DNA of 35,549 nt from an uncultured bacterium (GCA_937895685.1 CALBMC010000066.1:1-35549), one strand, 5' to 3'; shown: positions 1 through 9,416, counted from the first letter of the stretch. Notes: generated by a model from the letters alone, not told the origin. Translations and numbers: made by a program.

Positions 1-261
1 AGGAAAAAGATATTTTTCTAATTTAAAGAGAAAAGAGCCTCTATCAACCTTAAGACCAGTATGGAAAACAGAAACATTTCCATATTCACCATCAACGGAC
101 TTATTATCTCTGAGCGCAATTAGAGAAAATTCAATTTCTGATTTTGAAATTCTTTTCACAGTCTCATGAACTGCAAGCTCTGCCCCACCGACAAACTCTG
201 GTAGATAAACCAGAGAAAATATTAAAACTTTTTTCTTTTTAAATTCGTTATTTAATGACAT
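1..261 (-). CDS. glycosyltransferase family 4 (GT4), N-terminal fragment; the gene runs off the left edge
   Basis: My own minus-strand translation from the ATG at 261-259 gives MSLNNEFKKKKVLIFSLVYLPEFVGGAELAVHETVKRISKSEIEF..., 87 codons with no stop down to position 1. The VY-P-x-x-GGAE N-terminus is GT4-like. It is absent from the ORF track because it is truncated. Confidence 0.55.
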   Translation of the reverse strand, partial: MSLNNEFKKKKVLIFSLVYLPEFVGGAELAVHETVKRISKSEIEFSLIALRDNKSVDGEYGNVSVFHTGLKVDRGSFLFKLEKYLFP

Positions 262-288
262 TGATTTTTATTTAAAAAATGGTATAGT
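261..288 (+). promoter_or_regulatory. candidate sigma70-type promoter (TTGATT, 16-nt spacer, TGgTATAGT extended -10) for the sugar transferase gene
   Basis: TTGATT lies at 261-266, TG at 280-281 and TATAGT at 283-288. The ATG at 303 is only 14 nt past the -10 box and has no SD. Confidence 0.4.
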
Positions 289-302
289 TTGCATACAAAT
301 TT

Positions 303-1589
303 ATGCAAGAAGCGAAAAGAATTATTGTCTTTCTTGGGGACCTAGGAACTCTGGTCATCTCCTTTTTCGCTACTCTCATAATAAGCTATCCTCGCGAACT
401 TAGCGAGCAGGCCCAAATCCACGCTTACCCTTTTCTTATCTTGTATTTTACTTGGATAATAATCCTTTACGTTTTCAACCTATATGAGCCGAACAACATA
501 AAACCAGGAATAGAGGTAGCAAAAACAATAGGATGGAGTCTTTTCACCTGCCTAACAATTGGAATAATTTTCTTTTACTTCATCCCTCTTTATGGAATAA
601 GCCCAAAGACAAACCTATTGATAAACCTTGGTATCTTTGGAGTACTCTTTGTTTTTTGGAGAAGAATTTGTTTCCGATGGTTTTCAAAAATATATAAAAG
701 AAAAATTCTTATAATCGGAGACAGCGTTTTTGCAAAGTACCTAGAAAATGTATACAGAACAAATCCTCATCTTGGATTTTCTTCAGCCGGAATAACAAAT
801 GACCAAGAAGAAGCAAAAAGAAAAATAGAGGAAGAGAAAATAGAATCAGTTGTAATTGAAGAAAAAGAAAATATTGAAATGCTAAGAAACTTAATTGCAA
901 AAAAAGTGACAATAATTCCTCTTGGAAGTGCTTATCAGACAATATTTCAGATTTCACCAATAGAACTAATCTCCCCTAGTGAAGCAATTTCTCTAGCAGA
1001 AGAAAAAGAACTCCTTATCTATAGATTCTTTTCTAGAATTATAGAAATAATTTTCTCATCAATAGTCCTAGTTGCAACTCTACCAATTACAATAATTTCA
1101 GCGATTTTAATAATGATCGAAGATAGTGGACCGTTTTTATACAAACAATCACGAGTTGGAGAAAACGGAAAAACTTTTCTGCTATACAAATTCCGATCTA
1201 TGAGAAAAGACGCTGAGAAAGACGGGGCTAAGTGGGCAGAAAAAGGAGACAACAGAGTAACAAGAATTGGAAGAATATTAAGAAAAACACATATCGATGA
1301 AATTCCTCAAATGTGGAATATCTTAAAAGGCGATCTTGCGCTTGTTGGACCTCGTCCAGAGAGACCAGAATTCGTTACAATGCTCGAAAAAGAAGTTCCC
1401 TACTATTTCCTCCGACACACAATAAAACCAGGATTCACAGGATGGGCACAAGTTAAATTCAGATACGCCAGAAACGTTGACGACTCAAAAACAAAATTTG
1501 AATATGATCTATACTATATGAAAAATAGAAACATTTTCATGGATCTTGGAATTATAATCAAAACCGCTCAGATTATTTTTACTCACTAG
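303..1589 (+). CDS. polyprenyl-phosphate sugar phosphotransferase (bacterial sugar transferase, WbaP/EpsL-like initiating enzyme)
   Basis: N-terminal TM helices are followed by the hallmark C-terminal block LYKFRSM...DEIPQMWNILKGDLALVGPRPERPEF...KPGFTGWAQV. Confidence 0.9.
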   Translation: MQEAKRIIVFLGDLGTLVISFFATLIISYPRELSEQAQIHAYPFLILYFTWIIILYVFNLYEPNNIKPGIEVAKTIGWSLFTCLTIGIIFFYFIPLYGISPKTNLLINLGIFGVLFVFWRRICFRWFSKIYKRKILIIGDSVFAKYLENVYRTNPHLGFSSAGITNDQEEAKRKIEEEKIESVVIEEKENIEMLRNLIAKKVTIIPLGSAYQTIFQISPIELISPSEAISLAEEKELLIYRFFSRIIEIIFSSIVLVATLPITIISAILIMIEDSGPFLYKQSRVGENGKTFLLYKFRSMRKDAEKDGAKWAEKGDNRVTRIGRILRKTHIDEIPQMWNILKGDLALVGPRPERPEFVTMLEKEVPYYFLRHTIKPGFTGWAQVKFRYARNVDDSKTKFEYDLYYMKNRNIFMDLGIIIKTAQIIFTH

Positions 1590-3661
1590 TTTTTTATTCT
1601 CTCCACCTTTGGAACAGTTCCCCAAGCAGGGTAATCACTTTCTGTTAGTTTAGGGAAAGTAACAAGAAGTAAATCTCTATATTCATTATATTTTTCTCTA
1701 TTTCCATCTTCCATTGCCACAATCATTCCTCTCATATAACTAGTCTTTTGGTAAGGGGCGATTTGTATTGCTTTATCTAGCATTTCATAAGAGAGCTCCC
1801 ACTCAGTCACAATTTCATAGACTTGAGCTAAAACCCAAAGCCCTTGAGGATTGTTTGGAGATACTTCAACTGCTTTATTTCCCCACTTTTCTGCTTCCAT
1901 TATGAAAGCACCTCTGTCCTGTTGTGGACTGAAATACGCGGCAAGATTATTTAGAGAAGCAAGAATAGTGAAAGTTCTTTGATAATAAGGAAATCTCTCT
2001 GCTCCTCTTTCTGCAAAGCTAATAGCCCCTTTCAAATCAGTTACAACCATTGATCTGTCTTCTGGGGTCATTTTCACAGCAGAGCTTGTAAATTTACTTA
2101 TTTGATTGAAAACCATTTCAGCTATAACTGGATTATCAGTGGAGTCTCCAATTGATATTACCTCTCCATTGTCATAAAGGGACATTCTCTCAACTGGATC
2201 TTTGGCTGTGGCAATTCTTACATATGATTTTGACTTAAAGGCTGGAAGGTAAGCAAAGAAAATAAAAGCCGTTATTAGCACAGCCCCGAAGACAAGAGGA
2301 GAAAAAGGGTGTTCCATTAATTGATAAAATTTACTCCCTCCCTCTTCATCTTTTTCATCACTAGAAATAAAAGAAACAAATCCGAAAGTAACCACAAACA
2401 AAATCAGTGGAACCATTGTGTCAAAAATAAATATATTTTGAATTAAATAAGAAATTAATAAACCACAAAGTAGAGATGCTTCTAAATTATTAATTTTAGA
2501 TTTTTTTCTAGCTAAATTAATCGAATAGAAGAGAGAGAAAATTAAAAAAGCAAAAGCGAGGGCACCGACAATTCCAAAGTTATAGATAATCTCAATGTAA
2601 GCGTTGTGTGGACGATCAACGAAGTATTCATTTAAATATTTTGGAGTAAGAATGATTGGATTAAAGTTCTTTGTAAATTCAGCTACGAACATTTCATGAC
2701 CCTGTCCAAAAATTGGATTTTGCTTAAATCCTTCTATTCCTATATCCCAATAAACAAAACGATTTGGCCAAGCAGCATCTGAGAACTTTTGATTAACGAC
2801 ATTTCCAGGAGTAACTAGTTTAACTATTCCAACAGACACAACCGCCAAAAGAATAACTCCCAAAACAATTCCTGAAAACTTCATTATCTTTTTGCTTGAA
2901 AAAGATAAATATAAGATAGCTGAAGATATTACCCCAAAGAATAATCCAAGGGCTGCACCTCTTGCCTCTCCGACAAGAGACATCACCCCATCAATAGTTC
3001 CATTTAAAATTCCTGGTGTATTTATAAAAATTGGACATAAAACAGACAAAAAAAAGATTATTCCAGCTACAATATAACCTTTTTTCTTTCCAAATATTTT
3101 AGGTAGAAGAATAAAAGAAGCAAACATTGGGAAAAGCAAAGATGCTCCTACAAAAGAAGAGTTACCTAGAGTGAACCCTCCTCCAAAAAAGTTACCAATA
3201 TTCTGATCAAAAAAAGTAAAGACAGCAATGATTGTCATCGATAAAGCAATACCAAGGTAAAGTTTTGCCCAATCCCTTTCAGTTTTAAAAATTGCTCTAA
3301 GCAAAATAAACAAAACAAACAAAGATGAGTAGAACAGGAGTCCTGTGCCTCTTTCAAAAGAAGACCAGAAAGAGTGTCCGAAATCTAATCCAAATATAGA
3401 AGAGATGAACATACAGCCAAGGAAAAGCAAAAATGAAGCTCCGATCATGTCTAACTTTGGAAACTTTACCTTTCCTAAGTGAACCGCATACAAAAACAAA
3501 AATAGGATAATAATTATTGACCCTTGAAAGAAGGCAGTCTTTGCACTAAAAAATGGGAAAAAATAATTTGGATTATAAACAAACGGAATAAAAGCAACCA
3601 AACCAATAATTAATGCTTTTAAGAAATTTATTAAACCGGACTCTTTTTCTGTTCTTTTCAT
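1586..3661 (-). CDS. O-antigen ligase/polymerase-like (Wzy_C family) polytopic membrane protein with a C-terminal TPR-like soluble domain
   Basis: It has more than 10 predicted TM segments and the Wzy_C-type loop DRPHNAYIEIIYNFGIVGALAF. A soluble tail of about 220 aa contains TPR-like helices (SPNNPQGLWVLAQVYEI...AIQIAP). Confidence 0.8.
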   Translation of the reverse strand: MKRTEKESGLINFLKALIIGLVAFIPFVYNPNYFFPFFSAKTAFFQGSIIIILFLFLYAVHLGKVKFPKLDMIGASFLLFLGCMFISSIFGLDFGHSFWSSFERGTGLLFYSSLFVLFILLRAIFKTERDWAKLYLGIALSMTIIAVFTFFDQNIGNFFGGGFTLGNSSFVGASLLFPMFASFILLPKIFGKKKGYIVAGIIFFLSVLCPIFINTPGILNGTIDGVMSLVGEARGAALGLFFGVISSAILYLSFSSKKIMKFSGIVLGVILLAVVSVGIVKLVTPGNVVNQKFSDAAWPNRFVYWDIGIEGFKQNPIFGQGHEMFVAEFTKNFNPIILTPKYLNEYFVDRPHNAYIEIIYNFGIVGALAFAFLIFSLFYSINLARKKSKINNLEASLLCGLLISYLIQNIFIFDTMVPLILFVVTFGFVSFISSDEKDEEGGSKFYQLMEHPFSPLVFGAVLITAFIFFAYLPAFKSKSYVRIATAKDPVERMSLYDNGEVISIGDSTDNPVIAEMVFNQISKFTSSAVKMTPEDRSMVVTDLKGAISFAERGAERFPYYQRTFTILASLNNLAAYFSPQQDRGAFIMEAEKWGNKAVEVSPNNPQGLWVLAQVYEIVTEWELSYEMLDKAIQIAPYQKTSYMRGMIVAMEDGNREKYNEYRDLLLVTFPKLTESDYPAWGTVPKVERIKN

Positions 3662-3664
3662 AAT

Positions 3665-4774
3665 TTATTTTGTTAATTCATCATATACCCGAAAAACTTT
3701 TTTACACATTAATTCTTTAGAAAAATTATTTTTAACTCTTTCTTTTTCTTTTTCACTTATCTGTAACAAGAAATTTGGATTCTCTAGTATCTTTCTAAAA
3801 AAATCTTGCATCCCCTCTACCTCTTGACCCTTTTTAACCAAAACCCCAGCTCCATCCTCTAATGCCTCTTTAATGCCCCCAACATCACTTGCTATAACCG
3901 GCAAACCATAAGACATGGCTTCTATTATGGTCATCGGGAAGCCCTCCCAGCGGGTCGGCAAGGCAAAGATATGAGAAGATTTATATATTTCACCAACCTG
4001 CTCATTTGGAACGTCTCCGAGCATTTTAACATCAATTCCCCGCCCTTTTGTTTTCAAGAAATCATCAATTATAAATTTCTCCCTACCTGAACCAATTATT
4101 GAAACCTGAAACCTGTCTTGATCTTCCTTTTTAAAACCACAGATGGCTTCTAGGATTTTCACAGGCTCCTTAGGTGGAACAAGACGTCCCACAAAAAGAA
4201 CTTTTATCTTCTCATTTATTTTAGGTAAAAAATAATTTGTGTTTTCATTAATCTCTATCCCATTCCAAATAACTTCTAATTTATTTCCAGAAAAAATAAG
4301 TTTCCTTTTTGCAAGATTGTAATCATTTCTTGAAACGGTAATTATTTTGTCGGTAAAAGGAGTTATGAGATTCTCCGCCAACAAAGCGATGGTTCTACGG
4401 AAAAAGGGTGTTCCCTTTGTAAAACTCCAGCCATGAGCTGTGAAAACTTTCTTAGCCAAACCAAAAGAAGCAATACGACCAATGAAACCAGCCGCTCCAC
4501 TGTGAGCATGGACTATATCCGGTTTTTCTTTTTTTATAATTTTTCTTAAAACCAAAACAGACCTTAGTTGTTTTATTGGGTTCCATGAGTTAGCAAAAAA
4601 CTTATTTTCTATAAATTTAATCCCGAGATTTTCTGTTTTACTTTTCAGCCACCCATCTCCACTAGAAATAACTGTCATATCAAATCCCAGTTTCTTCCCT
4701 TCTTCAAGAAGATAGCCCAAATGAACCTGCGCCCCACCAACTTCAGTTTTAGTAATTAAGTAAATTATTTTCAT
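3665..4774 (-). CDS. glycosyltransferase family 4
   Basis: The N-terminus reads GGAQVHL and the C-terminal GT-B motif reads PTRWEGFPMTIIEAMSYGLPVIASDVGG. It is separated by 3-5 nt from both flanking genes. Confidence 0.9.
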   Translation of the reverse strand: MKIIYLITKTEVGGAQVHLGYLLEEGKKLGFDMTVISSGDGWLKSKTENLGIKFIENKFFANSWNPIKQLRSVLVLRKIIKKEKPDIVHAHSGAAGFIGRIASFGLAKKVFTAHGWSFTKGTPFFRRTIALLAENLITPFTDKIITVSRNDYNLAKRKLIFSGNKLEVIWNGIEINENTNYFLPKINEKIKVLFVGRLVPPKEPVKILEAICGFKKEDQDRFQVSIIGSGREKFIIDDFLKTKGRGIDVKMLGDVPNEQVGEIYKSSHIFALPTRWEGFPMTIIEAMSYGLPVIASDVGGIKEALEDGAGVLVKKGQEVEGMQDFFRKILENPNFLLQISEKEKERVKNNFSKELMCKKVFRVYDELTK

Positions 4775-4779
4775 TTTAT

Positions 4780-6768
4780 TTAGATATTTCCGAATGGGAA
4801 TATTTCTATGCTTGGGAAACTTCTTATTTGATCTTCAATATGCTTTTTAACTTTCTGAGGCAATACAACGTTTGGATATTTATTCGCATAAGCATTGGCG
4901 TAATCCCAAGAACCTTTTAGATCCTTTGAATACAATTTTCCTAGAGCAACGAAGGCTGGAGCAACAGGATGATTTGGAGATTCCAGAACTGCACTTTCGG
5001 CAAGTTCAATACTATCCTTCACATTCCCTTGTCCCAAAACAAGCTGATATTGCAAGACATAAGCAAGATTTAGCTTTGCTCTAAAATCAAGAGGGTTTTT
5101 CTCTATTCTATTTCTGAATGTTTGTTCATATACAGAAAATTCTTTTTTCAATATTTCCACTTTTTGTTTATCCTTTAAGATTTCTGGATTTTCTCTTATG
5201 TCCTTTATAACTTGGAACATAACAAAGCGTGCAGAGTCATGAGCATAAGGAGTAAAATCCAAACCTCGAGAGAGCATCTCATTTCTCTTGGCTCCATCTT
5301 CAAGCTCAAAAGAAGCAAAGAATGATTGTTTGTTTGAACTAGTTGGTTTAAATAAAACAAAACATAAAGTACTAGAAACTAAAACCAAAATAACCCCAGC
5401 AACAACTCTTTTGTCTCTACTCATCTGAAAATCAAAGGTTGGAATAGACAAAATCTTTTCTTTATCCACGATTGAAGAAAGTAATGACAGAACACAGAAT
5501 ATATATACAGTTGAAATAAGAACATCAAAAGATGTTTGCAACTCAACAAAGTGAACAAGAAGAAGCAGTGGAATCAAATACTTATACCCGTCTTCACCGA
5601 AAAATATAACAAATAAATAAGCCGGCAAAATCAAGAAGACAAGTAGATAAAAAATAAACAAAACTATTCCCCCACCAATAAGGGTATCTAGGACAACATT
5701 GTGAACTCTATCGAACCAAATTTCTCCAACATAATCAGGCTGAGCCAATCTTGAGTCAAAGTATTTCTGATATCCATATTCAAAGTTTTCAATTCCCCAA
5801 CCAGTAACTGGTCTTTCTTTTATTGCATCTACCGCCATTTGCCAAACAATTGGTCTAGCAGCAGTAGACTCTGCATCGTACCACTGTCTTAATTTGCTTT
5901 GGTCATTGAAGAATTGTCCAAGTAAAACAGCGTACAAGGCAAAGAAGATTGCCACAGCACTTCCGGCAAAAATAAGACGAGTTTTTTTCTCTGTTCTTTG
6001 GTGAATAAACTTTAGAACTAAAACCACCACAACTGATAAAACTAAAACAAGAGCTGAAGTCCTAGCGGATCCAACAAGGTCAAAAACGTTAGATTCATTA
6101 CCAGAAACTAAAACTTCCCAATTGAAAAATAGTGGAGAGAAAAATATCAAAACAAGAGAAAACAAATCAAAAATTCTTCTTCCTATCATTCTTTCTTTCC
6201 ATTCATCTGCCAGCGCATTCAAAATAAAGAAAAACATTATAACTAGATAAAGTCCGGCATAAGAAGAGTTCCCTATTGTGTAAGCTTCTGCTCCGTAAGC
6301 AAAATATCCAGATTTAGAAAAAAGTGATATGTAACTAACTAAAGACATACCGACTCCTCCCAAAATAGAAAATCTCCTAATTATTTTCCAACCATCAAGA
6401 TCAATGAAGAATCTTGAAATTATATAGAAGGAATAAACCAGTGAAAGAAGAGCTAACCCTTGCATTCGGCTTTGATTGGACCAGACTGAATGAACGAAAT
6501 CTACACCGAAAATAGCGGTTATCCAAGAAGCTAGGAAGAATAAGCTTATAGATAAGTCTACAAGATTAAACCTGCTTTCTATCCTTCTTTTCGGGGCATA
6601 GAAAATAGACCAGAAACCAACAATAAATAGTAATGAAATTATTAATACTGAAAAAGCGATATATTTAGAGGTTGTAGCTGGAAATAGGTAATTTTCGAAA
6701 AAGACAAACGGGAAAATACCCAAAAATATTCCAACAACCCAAGCGATAAATTTCTGCATAAGAGCCAT
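4780..6768 (-). CDS. O-antigen ligase/polymerase-like (Wzy_C family) membrane protein with a C-terminal TPR-like domain; same architecture as 1586-3661
   Basis: It is a polytopic membrane protein with the motif DRVHNVVLDTLIGGGIVLFIFY. The soluble helical C-terminus reads LESPNHPVAPAFVALGKLY. Confidence 0.8.
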   Translation of the reverse strand: MALMQKFIAWVVGIFLGIFPFVFFENYLFPATTSKYIAFSVLIISLLFIVGFWSIFYAPKRRIESRFNLVDLSISLFFLASWITAIFGVDFVHSVWSNQSRMQGLALLSLVYSFYIISRFFIDLDGWKIIRRFSILGGVGMSLVSYISLFSKSGYFAYGAEAYTIGNSSYAGLYLVIMFFFILNALADEWKERMIGRRIFDLFSLVLIFFSPLFFNWEVLVSGNESNVFDLVGSARTSALVLVLSVVVVLVLKFIHQRTEKKTRLIFAGSAVAIFFALYAVLLGQFFNDQSKLRQWYDAESTAARPIVWQMAVDAIKERPVTGWGIENFEYGYQKYFDSRLAQPDYVGEIWFDRVHNVVLDTLIGGGIVLFIFYLLVFLILPAYLFVIFFGEDGYKYLIPLLLLVHFVELQTSFDVLISTVYIFCVLSLLSSIVDKEKILSIPTFDFQMSRDKRVVAGVILVLVSSTLCFVLFKPTSSNKQSFFASFELEDGAKRNEMLSRGLDFTPYAHDSARFVMFQVIKDIRENPEILKDKQKVEILKKEFSVYEQTFRNRIEKNPLDFRAKLNLAYVLQYQLVLGQGNVKDSIELAESAVLESPNHPVAPAFVALGKLYSKDLKGSWDYANAYANKYPNVVLPQKVKKHIEDQIRSFPSIEIFPFGNI

Positions 6769-6819
6769 TTTAGCAAAATCTGATCTTTTAATAAACCCCT
6801 CAAAAAAACTAGGAATAAG

Positions 6820-6847
6820 AAAAACCCCCGAGAAATCGGGGGTTTTT
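6820..6847 (-). terminator. rho-independent terminator of the surface-protein gene (usable in both directions)
   Basis: The 7-bp stem ACCCCCG/CGGGGGT (6824-6830 / 6837-6843) has a 6-nt loop and is flanked by A5 and T5 runs. It lies about 30 nt past the stop at 6880. Confidence 0.8.
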
Positions 6848-6879
6848 CCGTCGCTACCTGCGAACCAAACTTCTAGCTA

Positions 6880-8760
6880 TTAGTTAATAGCTATGTAGTC
6901 AGTCTTGAAGTCATCAAGATTGAATGTGAAGTCTTGGAATACAGATGCGCTGTCTGAAGAGTTCCATCTAACGTTAGCTAGCTTCAAGCGGTATTGACCT
7001 GCGCCAAGTGAACCACTGTTTGCAACAGTAACTGTTAGAGTTAGAGTCTCGTCATCAGAATCATTTATGTCAAAGTTTCCATTTCCTGAAAGATCAGAAT
7101 CTGAATCATTAACAAGTGTAGCTGTTACAGCTGATCCGTATTGAGGAGCTGTAAGTTCTGTTCCAGCCTTGTCAACTGTGAAGTCAACAGCAACTGTTCC
7201 AGCGTTTGAAGCGATATCAGGGATGTACATATCGTCATCGAATGCTTCAACTTTGAACTCAACTTGGAATGTAGCGATATCATCGTTTGATCCTGTTCCT
7301 GTTGTTACAGATTCAGAAGCAGATACAAATGTAACCATAATTCCTGATGAGTAAGCTGTCATTGTTTCTCCGATAGTTGTTCCTGTTTTGTCTGAGTTTT
7401 CAAGCTCTTCTCCGTCTTGATCTTCAACATCGATATCTGCTCTTTGTGTTGAACCAATTTGAGCTGCGATTGTTGTTCCTTCAGCAAATAGAAGTGCGTC
7501 TGTTTCGTTGAAATCAGCAGTAACTGTGAATTCAACTGTATCTCCATCCTCAACTGTTAAGTCAAGATTGTCGAAAGTAACTGTCATATTTGCACCTGAT
7601 GTAGCAACAGTTTCTACGTACTCTTCACCGTCAACTTCTAGAGTAACACTGTTGATAACACCATCAAGATCAGCCTCACTTGATTCGAAGTAAACTGGGA
7701 TTGAATCAAATACTAGATCTGATCCATCAGCTTCGATTTCTCCAATCAATAGAGTAACTCCATCTGTATCACTGTCTTCATCAACGTTTAATGTTGAAGA
7801 TTCTGGTGAATCATCAGCAACTGAAAGACTCATTTCAACATCGTTTGCTTCTGCAAATGTAGCAAAGTCAAACAAAGTGTCTAGAGGTAGTCCAAGGTCT
7901 CCTGTTGTTGAATCTGTAAATACTTGACCTGTTTGATCTTTGTATCTAACTTCTTCAATTTCTATAGACCAGCTATCTGATGTTATATCTCCTGAATCAA
8001 GGTTATCAAGAGCAGTAACTGCGATTGTTAGATCTGTATCTTCGTCAGCGTCTATGATTGCTGAAGAGTCAAGAGTGATTGTTTTTGACCAAACACCATT
8101 GTCTTCATTCATATCATCAACGTCAACTGAAGCTACTTCATCATCTCCGAACATAACAGAAATTGAATCTGCATATTCGTCAAAGTCTTCATCTCCACCT
8201 CCTAGGTTTTCAAGAGAAACCTTAACAGCTGTAAGTTGGATATCTGAATCTTCAGAAGCTCCGATGTTTGCACCGATAACTTCTACGTTTTCATCACCTT
8301 CTCCAACCTCTTCACCTGAAAGGCTTCCAAGTTCGTCTACAGATTCGATTGAACCAGCGTTTCCGTTGATTACAAAGCTACCTGTTGAACCTGTTCCAGT
8401 TGCTGTACATGTGTAACCTGCTGGGCAAGTTGCTGTACCTCCTGTAACTACTCCACCTTGAACTGCTTCAAGTTTTGCTTTAGTCATGTTTCCAACTAGA
8501 CCGTCGGCTGTTAGACCTTGTGCCATTTGGAAATTTTTAACTGCTGTGTTTGTTTTAGGACCGAATGCTCCATCAGCTGTAAGACCAGCTGCTGAATATG
8601 TGTTTAGAACTGTTTGCAAGTTTGTAACGTACATTCCGCTTGATCCAACTTTTAGAGTTGTTGTTCCAAAAGTTAGAACTTCTGCTTTTGAAACAGAAGC
8701 GAAAGCGAATACTGCAACGATAGCAACTAGCGTAACAGCCAATGCTTTAAATTTAATCAT
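6880..8760 (-). CDS. secreted, extremely acidic cell-surface protein with an N-terminal peptidoglycan-binding (PG_binding_1-like) domain; S-layer/envelope protein candidate
   Basis: Signal peptide MIKFKALAVTLVAIVAVFAFASVSKA|EV. PG-binding repeat LKVGSSGMYVTNLQTVLN...ADGAFGPKTNTAVKNFQMAQGLTADGLVG. A CPAGYTCT linker follows, then about 500 aa rich in D/E/T/S/V and beta-strand-like. Confidence 0.8.
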   Translation of the reverse strand: MIKFKALAVTLVAIVAVFAFASVSKAEVLTFGTTTLKVGSSGMYVTNLQTVLNTYSAAGLTADGAFGPKTNTAVKNFQMAQGLTADGLVGNMTKAKLEAVQGGVVTGGTATCPAGYTCTATGTGSTGSFVINGNAGSIESVDELGSLSGEEVGEGDENVEVIGANIGASEDSDIQLTAVKVSLENLGGGDEDFDEYADSISVMFGDDEVASVDVDDMNEDNGVWSKTITLDSSAIIDADEDTDLTIAVTALDNLDSGDITSDSWSIEIEEVRYKDQTGQVFTDSTTGDLGLPLDTLFDFATFAEANDVEMSLSVADDSPESSTLNVDEDSDTDGVTLLIGEIEADGSDLVFDSIPVYFESSEADLDGVINSVTLEVDGEEYVETVATSGANMTVTFDNLDLTVEDGDTVEFTVTADFNETDALLFAEGTTIAAQIGSTQRADIDVEDQDGEELENSDKTGTTIGETMTAYSSGIMVTFVSASESVTTGTGSNDDIATFQVEFKVEAFDDDMYIPDIASNAGTVAVDFTVDKAGTELTAPQYGSAVTATLVNDSDSDLSGNGNFDINDSDDETLTLTVTVANSGSLGAGQYRLKLANVRWNSSDSASVFQDFTFNLDDFKTDYIAIN

Positions 8761-9188
8761 AATTATCTTATCGTTTGTAATTTCGAGTTTCGTGTCTTTA
8801 TCACACGAACCTGCGAATTTGCGTGGTTTTAATAATAGAAGATGTTAGTTCGACAAAACTAACGATTTCTTCCACGCGTCTTCTTTTCTTTTTTAATAAA
8901 AAAGAAGATTTGCTTGGACGCTTAATTAAGGTGTCCAAACGATTGCTCTTTACTTTTTAAAGGTATAGAGCGCTGCCTTTGTCGACAGGGCATTTCAGAA
9001 AATAATTGTAGTTCCGGAAAATAAAAATCAAATAAAATTGACGTGGATGTCAAAGTTAAGTTTATTCTATTTTCAACGGGCATACCTTATTACTGAATAT
9101 TTTTTAGTCTGGGGTCAAAAAAGGCCTATCCCCAATTGACTTAGACTAAAAATTTGTACGATTGTTTTAACGCACTCGTACGCATTCG

Positions 9189-9217
9189 ATTATAGCTTTT
9201 TAGGTCAAATACTGCAA
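9189..9217 (-). promoter_or_regulatory. candidate promoter (TTGCAG, 17-nt spacer, TATAAT) for the surface-protein gene, implying a 5' UTR of about 420 nt
   Basis: The minus strand reads cttgTTGCAGtatttgacctaaaaagcTATAATcg, with the -35 at 9217-9212 and the -10 at 9194-9189. This is a motif match only. Confidence 0.25.
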
Positions 9218-9382
9218 CAAGAGATTTCTTGTGGAAAAGCCTTGTAAAATAGGGATCTAACCAGAAACCTTAACCGAAGCGACCAGCCTGTGGTGGTCAT
9301 TAATTATGACGGAAGACTTACCTTTTTATTTCAAGTTTTAAATTCTCAAATTTCTAAAAGACATTTGAAAACAAAGGGTTTT

Positions 9383-9416
9383 ATAAAGGACATTAGTAAA
9401 AGACAGTGTCCTTTAT
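9383..9416 (-). terminator. hairpin terminator candidate just downstream of the wHTH gene
   Basis: The 10-bp stem ATAAAGGACA/TGTCCTTTAT has a 14-nt loop and starts 4 nt after the stop at 9420. The downstream sequence is U-rich but is not a clean U-tract. Confidence 0.45.

Noticed and set aside
7169-8848. Plus-strand ORFs of 61-158 aa (7169-7354, 7508-7693, 7940-8416, 8486-8848) opposite the surface-protein gene.
   Set aside because: They are shadow ORFs. The biased GAT/GAA/ACT/GTT codon usage of the minus-strand gene removes stop codons from the antisense frames. The translations are low-complexity Ser/Thr/Pro strings with no start context, and the minus-strand gene has a clear signal peptide and PG-binding domain.
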